A stretch of 64,000 nt of DNA from Macrostomum lignano (taxonomy: Eukaryota), in the NCBI GenBank assembly GCA_002269645.1, contig NIVC01002760.1, positions 78,602 through 142,601 on the forward strand. The letters run 5' to 3'. The translations under genes were made by a program, and so were the position numbers. This document shows, in pieces, positions 46,655 through 58,600 of this stretch. A model generated the notes under the pieces. The model made no database searches and had not been told where the DNA came from. It saw only the letters and a program-made list of their open reading frames with translations. Position 1 is the first letter of the stretch. Every line of letters starts with the position of its first letter.

Positions 46655-49600
46655 GAATCTTGAGGGTAAGAATCGTGAGGTTGTGGGGGGGGGGGTAAGA
46701 ATCATGAGATTCTGGGGGTAAAAATCGTGAGATTCTGGGGGTAAGCATCGTGAGATTCTGGGGGTAAGAATCGTGAGGTTCTGGGGGTAAGAATCGTTAG
46801 AAGATTCTGGGGGTAAGAATCGTGAGGTTCTGGTGGTAAGAATCGTGAGGTTCTGGGGGTAAGAATCGTTAGAAGATTCTGGGGGTAAGAATCGTGAGGT
46901 TCTGGGGGTAAAAATCGTTAGAAGATTCTGGGGGTAAGAATCGTGAGGTTCTGGGGGTAAGAATCGTGAGGTTCTGGGGGTAAGAATCGTGAGGTTCTGG
47001 TGGTAAGAATCGTGAGGTTGTGGGGTAAGAATCGTTAGAAGATTCTGGGGGTAAGAATCGTGAGATTTTGGGGGTAAGAATCGTGAGGTTCTGGGGGTAA
47101 CAATCGTGAGGTTCTGGGGGTAAGAGTCGTGAGGTTCTGGTGGTAAGAATCGTGAGGTTCTGGGGGGTAAGAATCGTTAGAAGATTCTTGGGGTAAGAAT
47201 CGTTAGAAGATTCTGGGGGTAAGAATCGTGAGGTTCTGGGGGGTAAAAATCGTTAGAAGATTCTGGGGGTAAGAATCGTGAGGTTCTGGGGTAAGAATCG
47301 TGAGGTTCTGGGGGTAAGAGTCGTGAGGTTCTGGGGGTAAGAGTCGTGAGGTTCTGGGGGTAAGAGTCATGAGGTTCTGGGGGTAAGAATCGTTAGAAGA
47401 TTCTGGGGGTAAGAATCGTGAGGTTCTGGGGTAAGAATCGTGAGGTTCTGGGGGTAAGAGTCGTGAGGTTCTGGGGGTAAGAGTCGTGAGGTTCTGGGGG
47501 TAAGAGTCGTGAGGTTCTGGTGGTAAGAATCGTGAGGTTCTGGGGGTAAGAATCGTGAGGTTCTGGGGGTAAGAGTCGTGAGGTTCTGGTGGTAAGAATC
47601 GTGAAGTTCTGGGGGGTAAGAATCGTTAGAAGATTCTGGGGGTAAGAATCGTGAGGTTCTGGGGGTAAGAGTCGTGAGGTTCTGGTGGTAAGAGTCGTGA
47701 GGTTCTGGGGGTAAGAGTCGTGAGGTTCTGGTGGTAAGAATCGTGAGGTTCTGGGGTAAGAATCGTGAGGTTCTGGGGTAAGAGTCGTGAGGTTCTGGTG
47801 GTAAGAATCGTGAGGTTCTGGGGGTAAGAATCGTTAGAAGATTCTGGGGGTAAGAATCGTGAGGTTCTGGGGGTAAGAATCGTGAGGTTCTGGGGGTAAG
47901 AATCGTTAGAAGATTCTGGGGGTAAGAATCGTGAGATTCTGGGGGTAAGAATCGTGAGGTTCTGGGGGTAAGAATCGTGAGGTTCTGGGGGTAAGAATCG
48001 TGAGGTTCTGGGGGTAAGAATCGTGAGGTTCTGGTGGTAAGAATCGTGAGGTTCTGGGGGTAAGAATCGTTAGAAGATTCTGGGGTAAGAATCGTGAGAT
48101 TTTGGGGGTAAGAATCGTGAGGTTCTGGGGGTAACAATCGTGAGGTTCTGGGGGTAAGAGTCGTGAGGTTCTGGTGGTAAGAATCGTGAGGTTCTGGGGG
48201 TAAGAATCGTTAGAAGATTCTGGGGGTAAGAATCGTTAGAAGATTCTGGGGGTAAGAATCGTTAGAAGATTCTGGGGGTAAGAATCGTGAGGTTCTGGGG
48301 TAAGAATCGTGAGGTTCTGGGGGTAAGAGTCGTGAGGTTCTGGGGGTAAGAGTCGTGAGGTTCTGGGGGTAAGAGTCATGAGGTTCTGGGGGTAAGAATC
48401 GTTAGAAGATTCTGGGGGTAAGAATCGTGAGGTTCTGGGGTAAGAATCGTGAGGTTCTGGGGGTAAAAGTCGTGAGGTTCTGGGGGTAAGAGTCGTGAGG
48501 TTCTGGGGGTAAGAGTCGTGAGGTTCTGGTGGTAAGAATCGTGAGGTTCTGGGGGTAAGAATCGTGAGGTTCTGGGGGTAAGAGTCGTGATGTTCTGGTG
48601 GTAAGAATCGTGAAGTTCTGGGGGGTAAGAATCGTTAGAAGATTCTGGGGGTAAGAATCGTGAGGTTCTGGCGGTAAGAGTCGTGAGGTTCTGGTGGTAA
48701 GAGTCGTGAGGTTCTGGGGGTAAGAGTCGTGAGGTTCTGGTGGTAAGAATCGTGAGGTTCTGGGGGTAAGAATCGTGAGGTTCTGGGGGTAAGAGTCGTG
48801 AGGTTCTGGTGGTAAGAATCGTGAGGTTCTGGGGGTAAGAATCGTTAGAAGATTCTGGGGTAAGAATCGTGAGGTTCTGGGGGTAAAAATCGTTAGAAGA
48901 TTCTGGGGTAAGAATCGTGAGGTTCTGGGGGTAAGAATCGTGAGGTTCTGGGGTAAGAATCGTGAGGTTCTGGGGTAAGAATCGTTAGAAGATTCTGGGG
49001 GTAAGAATCGTGAGATTCTGGGGTAAGAATCGTGAGGTTCTGGGGGTAAGAATCGTGAGGTTCTGGGGTAAGAATCGTGAGGTTCTGGGGTAAGAGTCGT
49101 GAGGTTCTGGTGGTAAGAATCGTGAGGTTCTGGGGGTAAGAATCGTTAGAAGATTCTGGGGTAAGAATCGTGAGGTTCTGGGGGTAAGAATCGTGAGGTT
49201 CTGGGGTAAGAATCGTTAGAAGATTCTGGGGGTAAGAATCGTGAGATTCTGGGGTAAGAATCGTGAGGTTCTGGGGTAAGAATCGTGAGGTTCTGGGGTA
49301 AGAGTCGTGAGGTTCTGGGGTAAGAGTCGTGAGGTTCTGGGGGTAAGAGTCATGAGGTTCTGGGGGTAAGAATCGTTAGAAGATTCTGGGGGTAAGAATC
49401 GTGAGGTTCTGGGGTAAGAGTCGTGAGGTTCTGGGGTAAAAGTCGTGAGGTTCTGGGGTAAGAGTCGTGAGGTTCTGGGGTAAGAGTCGTGAGGTTCTGG
49501 TGGTAAGAATCGTGAGGTTCTGGGGTAAGAATCGTGAAGTTCTGGGGGGTAAGAATCGTTAGAAGATTCTGGGGGTAAGAATCGTGAGGTTCTGGGGGTA

Positions 49601-52600
49601 AGAGTCGTGAGGTTCTGGTGGTAAGAGTCGTGAGGTTCTGGGGGTAAGAGTCGTGAGGTTCTGGTGGTAAGAATCGTGAGGTTCTGGGGGTAAGAATCGT
49701 GAGGTTCTGGGGGTAAGAGTCGTGAGGTTCTGGTGGTAAGAATCGTGAGGTTCTGGGGGGTAAGAATCGTTAGAAGATTCTGGGGGTAAGAATCGTGAGG
49801 TTCTGGGGGTAAGAGTCGTGAGGTTCTGGGGGTAAGAGTCGTGAGGTTCTGGTGGTAAGAATCGTGAGGTTCTGGGGGTAAGAATCGTGAGGTTCTGGGG
49901 GTAAGAGTCGTGATGTTCTGGTGGTAAGAATCGTGAAGTTCTGGGGGGTAAGAATCGTTAGAAGATTCTGGGGGTAAGAATCGTGAGGTTCTGGCGGTAA
50001 GAGTCGTGAGGTTCTGGTGGTAAGAGTCGTGAGGTTCTGGGGTAAGAGTCGTGAGGTTCTGGTGGTAAGAATCGTGAGGTTCTGGGGGTAAGAATCGTGA
50101 GGTTCTGGGGGTAAGAGTCGTGAGGTTCTGGTGGTAAGAATCGTGAGGTTCTGGGGGGTAAGAATCGTTAGAAGATTCTGGGGGTAAGAATCGTGAGGTT
50201 CTGGGGGGTAAAAATCGTTAGAAGATTCTGGGGGTAAGAATCGTGAGGTTCTGGGGTAAGAATCGTGAGGTTCTGGGGGTAAGAATCGTGAGGTTCTGGG
50301 GTAAGAATCGTTAGAAGATTCTGGGGGTAAGAATCGTGAGATTCTGGGGGTAAGAATCGTGAGGTTCTGGGGTAAGAATCGTGAGGTTCTGGGGTAAGAA
50401 TCGTGAGGTTCTGGGGTAAGAGTCGTGAGGTTCTGGTGGTAAGAATCGTGAGGTTCTGGGGGTAAGAATCGTTAGAAGATTCTGGGGGTAAGAATCGTGA
50501 GGTTCTGGGGTAAGAATCGTGAGGTTCTGGGGTAAGAATCGTAAGAAGATTCTGGGGGTAAGAATCGTGAGATTCTGGGGTAAGAATCGTGAGGTTCTGG
50601 GGTAAGAATCGTGAGGTTCTGGGGTAAGAGTCGTGAGGTTCTGGGGTAAGAGTCGTGAGGTTCTGGGGTAAGAGTCATGAGGTTCTGGGGTAAGAATCGT
50701 TAGAAGATTCTGGGGGTAAGAATCGTGAGGTTCTGGGGTAAGAGTCGTGAGGTTCTGGGGGTAAAAGTCGTGAGGTTCTGGGGGTAAGAGTCGTGAGGTT
50801 CTGGGGGTAAGAGTCGTGAGGTTCTGGTGGTAAGAATCGTGAGGTTCTGGGGGTAAGAATCGTGAGGTTCTGGGGGGTAAGAATCGTGAGATTCTGGGGT
50901 AAGAATCGTGAGGTTCTGGGGGTAAGAGTCGTGAGGTTCTGGGGTAAGAGTCGTGAGGTTCTGGGGGTAAGAGTCGTGAGGTTCTGGTGGTAAGAATCGT
51001 GAGGTTCTGGGGGTAAGAATCGTGAGGTTCTGGGGGTAAGAGTCGTGAGGTTCTGGTGGTAAGAATCGTGAGGTTCTGGGGGTAAGAATCGTTAGAAGAT
51101 TCTGGGGTAAGAATCGTGAGGTTCTGGGGTAAGAATCGTGAGGTTCTGGGGTAAGAATCGTTAGAAGATTCTGGGGTAAGAATCGTGAGATTCTGGGGTA
51201 AGAATCGTGAGGTTCTGGGGTAAGAATCGTGAGGTTCTGGGGTAAGAATCGTGAGGTTCTGGGGGTAAGAATCGTGAGGTTCTGGGGGTAAGAATCGTGA
51301 GGTTCTGGGGGTAAGAATCGTTAGAAGATTCTGGGGGTAAGAATCGTGAGATTTGGGGGTAAGAATCGTGAGGTTCTGGGGTAAGAATCGTGAGGTTCTG
51401 GGGTAAGAGTCGTGAGGTTCTGGGGTAAGAATCGTGAGGTTCTGGGGTAAGAATCGTTAGAAGATTCTGGGGGTAAGAATCGTTAGAAGATTCTGGGGTA
51501 AGAATCGTGAGGTTCTGGGGTAAGAATCGTGAGGTTCTGGGGTAAGAGTCGTGAGGTTCTGGGGGTAAGAGTCGTGAGGTTCTGGGGTAAGAGTCGTGAG
51601 GTTCTGGGGGTAAGAATCGTTAGAAGATTCTGGGGGTAAGAATCGTTAGAAGATTCTGGGGTAAGAATCGTGAGGTTCTGGGGTAAGAATCGTGAGGTTC
51701 TGGGGGTAAAAGTCGTGAGGTTCTGGGGTAAGAGTCGTGAGGTTCTGGGGTAAGAGTCGTGAGGTTCTGGTGGTAAGAATCGTGAGGTTCTGGGGTAAGA
51801 ATCGTGAGGTTCTGGGGGTAAGAGTCGTGAGTTCTGGGGTAAGAATCGTGAAGTTCTGGGGGTAAGAATCGTTAGAAGATTCTGGGGTAAGAATCGTGAG
51901 GTTCTGGGGTAAGAGTCGTGAGGTTCTGGGGTAAGAGTCGTGAGGTTCTGGGGTAAGAGTCGTGAGGTTCTGGTGGTAAGAATCGTGAGGTTCTGGGGTA
52001 AGAATCGTGAGGTTCTGGGGTAAGAGTCGTGAGGTTCTGGTGGTAAGAATCGTGAGGTTCTGGGGGTAAGAATCGTTAGAAGATTCTGGGGGTAAGAATC
52101 GTGAGGTTCTGGGGGTAAAATCGTTAGAGATTCTGGGGTAAGAATCGTGAGGTTCTGGGGTAAGAATCGTGAGGTTCTGGGGTAAGAATCGTGAGGTTCT
52201 GGGGGTAAGAATCGTTAGAAGATTCTGGGGGTAAGAATCGTGAGATTCTGGGGTAAGAATCGTGAGGTTCTGGGGTAAGAATCGTGAGGTTCTGGGGTAA
52301 GAATCGTGAGGTTCTGGGGGTAAGAGTCGTGAGGTTCTGGGGTAAGAATCGTGAGGTTCTGGGGGTAAGAATCGTTAGAAGATTCTGGGGGTAAGAATCG
52401 TGAGGTTCTGGGGTAAGAATCGTGAGGTTCTGGGGTAAGAATCGTTAGAAGATTCTGGGGTAAGAATCGTGAGATTCTGGGGTAAGAATCGTGAGGTTCT
52501 GGGGTAAGAATCGTGAGGTTCTGGGGTAAGAGTCGTGAGGTTCTGGGGTAAGAGTCGTGAGGTTCTGGGGTAAGAGTCATGAGGTTCTGGGGGTAAGAAT

Positions 52601-55600
52601 CGTTAGAAGATTCTGGGGGTAAGAATCGTGAGGTTCTGGGGTAAGAATCGTGAGGTTCTGGGGGTAAAAGTCGTGAGGTTCTGGGGGTAAGAGTCGTGAG
52701 GTTCTGGGGGTAAGAGTCGTGAGGTTCTGGTGGTAAGAATCGTGAGGTTCTGGGGGTAAGAATCGTGAGGTTCTGGGGTAAGAGTCGTGAGTTCTGGTGG
52801 TAAGAATCGTGAGTTCTGGGGGTAAGAATCGTTAGAAGATTCTGGGGTAAGAATCGTGAGGTTCTGGGGGTAAGAGTCGTGAGGTTCTGGGGTAAGAGTC
52901 GTGAGGTTCTGGGGTAAGAGTCGTGAGGTTCTGGGGTAAGAATCGTGAGGTTCTGGGGTAAGAATCGTGAGGTTCTGGGGTAAGAGTCGTGAGGTTCTGG
53001 GGTAAGAATCGTGAGGTTCTGGGGGTAAGAATCGTTAGAAGATTCTGGGGTAAGAATCGTGAGGTTCTGGGGGTAAAATCGTTAGAAGATTCTGGGGTAA
53101 GAATCGTGAGGTTCTGGGGTAAGAATCGTGAGGTTCTGGGGTAAGAATCGTGAGGTTCTGGGGGTAAGAATCGTTAGAAGATTCTGGGGGTAAGAATCGT
53201 GAGATTCTGGGGTAAGAATCGTGAGGTTCTGGGGTAAGAGTCGTGAGGTTCTGGGGTAAGAATCGTGAGGTTCTGGGGTAAGAATCGTTAGAGATTCTGG
53301 GGTAAGAATCGTGAGGTTCTGGGGTAAGAATCGTGAGGTTCTGGGGTAAGAATCGTTAGAGATTCTGGGGGTAAGAATCGTGAGATTCTGGGGTAAGAAT
53401 CGTGAGGTTCTGGGGTAAGAATCGTGAGGTTCTGGGGTAAGAGTCGTGAGGTTCTGGGGGTAAGAGTCGTGAGGTTCTGGGGTAAGAGTCGTGAGGTTCT
53501 GGGGGTAAGAATCGTTAGAAGATTCTGGGGGTAAGAATCGTGAGGTTCTGGGGTAAGAATCGTGAGGTTCTGGGGTAAGAAGTCGTGAGGTTCTGGGGTA
53601 AGAATCGTGAGGTTCTGGGGGTAAGAGTCGTGAGGTTCTGGGGTAAGAATCGTGAGGTTCTGGGGGTAAGAATCGTGAGGTTCTGGGGTAAGAGTCGTGA
53701 GTTCTGGGGTAAGAATCGTGAGTTCTGGGGGTAAGAATCGTTAGAAGATTCTGGGGGTAAGAATCGTGAGGTTCTGGGGTAAGAATCGTGAGGTTCTGGG
53801 GTAAGAGTCGTGAGGTTCTGGGGGTAAGAGTCGTGAGGTTCTGGGGTAAGAATCGTGAGGTTCTGGGGTAAGAATCGTGAGGTTCTGGGGGTAAGATCGT
53901 GAGATTCTGGGGTAAGAATCGTGAGATTCTGGGGGTAAGAATCGTGAGATTCTGGGGTAAGATCGTGAGATTCTGGGGGTAAGAATCGTTAGAAGATTCT
54001 GGGGTAAGAATCGTGAGGTTCTGGGGTAAGAATCGTGAGATTCTGGGGTAAGATCGTGAGATTCTGGGGTAAGAATCGTGAGATTCTGGGGTAAGAATCG
54101 TGAGATTCTGGGGTAAGAATCGTGAGATTCTGGGGTAAGAATCGTGAGATTCTGGGGGTAAGAATCGTGAGATTCTGGGGGTAAGAATCGAGAGATTCTG
54201 ATGGTAAGAATCGTGAGATTCTGGGGGTAAGAATCGTTAGAAGATTCTGGGGTAAGAATCGTGAGGTTCTGGGGTAAGAATCGTGAGGTTCTGGGGTAAG
54301 AGTCGTGAGGTTCTGGGGTAAGAATCGTTAGAAGATTCTGGGGGTAAGAATCGTGAGGTTCTGGGGTAAGAGTCGTGAGATTCTGGGGTAAGAGTCGTGA
54401 GATTCTGGGGTAAGAATCGTGAGATTCTGGGGTAAGAATCGTGAGATTCTGGGGTAAGAATCGTGAGGTTCTGGGGGTAAGAATCGTGAGGTTCTGGGGG
54501 TAAGAATCGTGAGGTTCTGGGGGTAAGAATCGTGAGATTCTGGGGTAAGAATCGTGAGGTTCTGGGGGTAAGAATCGTGAGGTTCTGGGGTAAGAATCGT
54601 GAGGTTCTGGGGTAAGAGTCGTGAGGTTCTGGGGGTAAGAATCGTGAGATTCTGGGGTAAGATCGTGAGATTCTGGGGTAAGAATCGTGAGATTCTGGGG
54701 GTAAGAATCGTTAGAAGATTCTGGGGTAAGAATCGTGAGGTTCTGGGGTAAGAATCGTGAGATTCTGGGGTAAGAATCGTGAGGTTCTGGGGTAAGAATC
54801 GTGAGATTCTGGGGTAAGAATCGTGAGATTCTGGGGTAAGAATCGTGAGGTTCTGGGGTAAGAGTCGTGAGGTTCTGGGGTAAGAATCGTTAGAGATTCT
54901 GGGGGTAAGAATCGTGAGATTCTGGGGTAAGAATCGTGAGGTTCTGGGGGTAAAATCGTTAGAGATTCTGGGGTAAGAATCGTGAGGTTCTGGGGTAAGA
55001 ATCGTGAGGTTCTGGGGGTAAGAGTCGTGAGGTTCTGGGGTAAGAGTCGTGAGGTTCTGGGGGTAAAATCGTGAGATTCTGGGGTAAGAATCGTGAGGTT
55101 CTGGGGTAAGAATCGTGAGGTTCTGGGGTAAGAATCGTGAGATTCTGGGGTAAGAATCGTGAGGTTCTGGGGTAAGAATCGTGAGATTCTGGGGTAAGAA
55201 TCGTGAGGTTCTGGGGTAAGAATCGTGAGATTCTGGGGTAAGAATCGTGAGATTCTGGGGTAAGAGTCGTGAGATTCTGGGGTAAGAATCGTGAGATTCT
55301 GGGGTAAGAATCGTGAGGTTCTGGGGGTAAGAATCGTGAGGTTCTGGGGGTAAGAATCGTGAGGTTCTGGGGGTAAGAATCGTGAGATTCTGGGGTAAGA
55401 ATCGTGAGGTTCTGGGGTAAGAATCGTGAGGTTCTGGGGTAAGAATCGTGAGGTTCTGGGGTAAGAGTCGTGAGGTTCTGGGGGTAAGAATCGTGAGGTT
55501 CTGGGGTAAGAATCGTGAGATTCTGGGGTAAGAATCGTGAGATTCTGGGGTAAGAATCGTGAGATTCTGGGGGTAAGAATCGTGAGGTTCTGGGGTAAGA

Positions 55601-58600
55601 ATCGTGAGATTCTGGGGGTAAGAATCGTGAGATTCTGGGGTAAGAATCGTGAGATTCTGGGGTAAGAATCGTGAGATTCTGGGGTAAGAGTCGTGAGGTT
55701 CTGGGGGTAAGAGTCGTGAGGTTCTGGGGTAAGAATCGTTAGAGATTCTGGGGGTAAGAATCGTTAGAAGATTCTGGGGTAAGAATCGTGAGGTTCTGGG
55801 GTAAGAATCGTGAGATTCTGGGGGTAAGAATCGTGAGGTTCTGGGGTAAGAATCGTGAGGTTCTGGGGTAAGAGTCGTGAGGTTCTGGGGGTAAGAATCG
55901 TGAGGTTCTGGGGGTAAGAATCGTTAGAGATTCTGGGGGTAAGAATCGTGAGGTTCTGGGGTAAGAATCGTGAGGTTCTGGGGTAAGAATCGTTAGAGAT
56001 TCTGGGGGTAAGAATCGTGAGGTTCTGGGGTAAGAATCGTGAGATTCTGGGGTAAGAATCGTGAGGTTCTGGGGTAAGAATCGTGAGGTTCTGGGGTAAG
56101 AGTCGTGAGGTTCTGGGGTAAGAATCGTGAGATTCTGGGGTAAGAATCGTGAGATTCTGGGGTAAGAATCGTGAGGTTCTGGGGTAAGAATCGTGAGGTT
56201 CTGGGGGTAAGAATCGTGAGGTTCTGGGGGTAAGAATCGTGAGATTCTGGGGTAAGAATCGTGAGGTTCTGGGGGTAAGAATCGTGAGGTTCTGGGGGTA
56301 AGAATCGTGAGGTTCTGGGGTAAGAATCGTGAGGTTCTGGGGTAAGAATCGTGAGATTCTGGGGGTAAGAATCGTGAGATTCTGGGGTAAGAATCGTGAG
56401 ATTCTGGGGGTAAGAATCGTGAGATTCTGGGGTAAGAATCGTGAGGTTCTGGGGTAAGAATCGTGAGGTTCTGGGGTAAGAATCGTGAGGTTCTGGGGTA
56501 AGAATCGTGAGATTCTGGGGTAAGAATCGTGAGGTTCTGGGGTAAGAATCGTGAGGTTCTGGGGTAAGAGTCGTGAGGTTCTGGGGTAAGAATCGTGAGA
56601 TTCTGGGGGTAAGAATCGTGAGATTCTGGGGTAAGAATCGTGAGGTTCTGGGGGTAAGAATCGTTAGAGATTCTGGGGTAAGAATCGTGAGGTTCTGGGG
56701 TAAGAATCGTGAGGTTCTGGGGTAAGAATCGTGAGGTTCTGGGGTAAGAATCGTGAGGTTCTGGGGGTAAGAATCGTGAGGTTCTGGGGTAAGAATCGTG
56801 AGGTTCTGGGGGTAAGAATCGTGAGGTTCTGGGGTAAGAATCGTGAGGTTCTGGGGTAAGAATCGTGAGGTTCTGGGGGTAAGAATCGTGAGGTTCTGGG
56901 GTAAGAATCGTGAGGTTCTGGGGTAAGAATCGTGAGGTTCTGGGGTAAGAATCGTGAGGTTCTGGGGGTAAGAATCGTGAGGTTCTGGGGTAAGAATCGT
57001 GAGGTTCTGGGGTAAGAATCGTGAGGTTCTGGGGTAAGAGTCGTGAGGTTCTGGGGGTAAGAATCGTGAGGTTCTGGGGTAAGAGTCGTGAGGTTCTGGG
57101 GGTAAGAATCGTGAGGTTCTGGGGGTAAGAATCGTGAGGTTCTGGGGTAAGAATCGTGAGGTTCTGGGGTAAGAATCGTGAGGTTCTGGGGTAAGAATCG
57201 TGAGGTTCTGGGGGTAAGAATCGTGAGGTTCTGGGGTAAGAATCGTGAGGTTCTGGGGGTAAGAATCGTGAGGTTCTGGGGTAAGAGTCGTGAGGTTCTG
57301 GGGTAAGAATCGTGAGGTTCTGGGGTAAGAATCGTTAGAGATTCTGGGGTAAGAATCGTGAGGTTCTGGGGGTAAGAATCGTGAGGTTCTGGGGTAAGAG
57401 TCGTGAGGTTCTGGGGGTAAGAATCGTGAGGTTCTGGGGTAAGAATCGTGAGGTTCTGGGGTAAGAATCGTGAGGTTCTGGGGTAAGAATCGTGAGGTTC
57501 TGGGGTAAGAATCGTGAGGTTCTGGGGTAAGAATCGTGAAGATTCTGGGGTAAGAATCGTGAGGTTCTGGGGGTAAGAATCGTGAGGTTCTGGGGGTAAG
57601 AATCGTGAGGTTCTGGGGGTAAGAATCGTGAGGTTCTGGGGTAAGAATCGTGAGGTTCTGGGGGTAAGAATCGTTAGAAGATTCTGGGGTAAGAATCGTG
57701 AGATTCTGGGGTAAGAATCGTGAGGTTCTGGGGTAAGAATCGTGAGGTTCTGGGGTAAGAATCGTGAGGTTCTGGGGGTAAGAGTCGTGAGGTTCTGGGG
57801 TAAGAATCGTGAGGTTCTGGGGTAAGAATCGTGAGGTTCTGGGGTAAGAATCGTGAGGTTCTGGGGTAAGAATCGTGAGGTTCTGGGGGTAAGAATCGTT
57901 AGAAGATTCTGGGGGTAAGAATCGTGAGATTCTGGGGTAAGAATCGTGAGGTTCTGGGGGTAAGAATCGTGAGGTTCTGGGGGTAAGAATCGTGAGGTTC
58001 TGGGGGTAAGAGTCGTGAGGTTCTGGGGTAAGAGTCGTGAGGTTCTGGGGTAAGAATCGTGAGATTCTGGGGTAAGAATCGTGAGGTTCTGGGGTAAGAA
58101 TCGTGAGGTTCTGGGGGTAAGAATCGTGAGGTTCTGGGGTAAGAGTCGTGAGGTTCTGGGGTAAGAATCGTGAGGTTCTGGGGTAAGAATCGTGAGGTTC
58201 TGGGGGTAAGAATCGTGAGGTTCTGGGGGTAAGAGTCGTGAGGTTCTGGGGTAAGAATCGTGAGGTTCTGGGGTAAGAATCGTGAGGTTCTGGGGGTAAG
58301 AATCGTGAGGTTCTGGGGTAAGAATCGTGAGGTTCTGGGGTAAGAATCGTGAGGTTCTGGGGGTAAGAATCGTGAGGTTCTGGGGTAAGAATCGTGAGGT
58401 TCTGGGGGTAAGAATCGTGAGATTCTGGGGTAAGAATCGTGAGATTCTGGGGTAAGAATCGTGAGGTTCTGGGGTAAGAATCGTGAGGTTCTGGGGGTAA
58501 GAATCGTGAGGTTCTGGGGTAAGAATCGTGAGGTTCTGGGGTAAGAATCGTGAGGTTCTGGGGGTAAGAATCGTGAGATTCTGGGGTAAGAATCGTGAGG

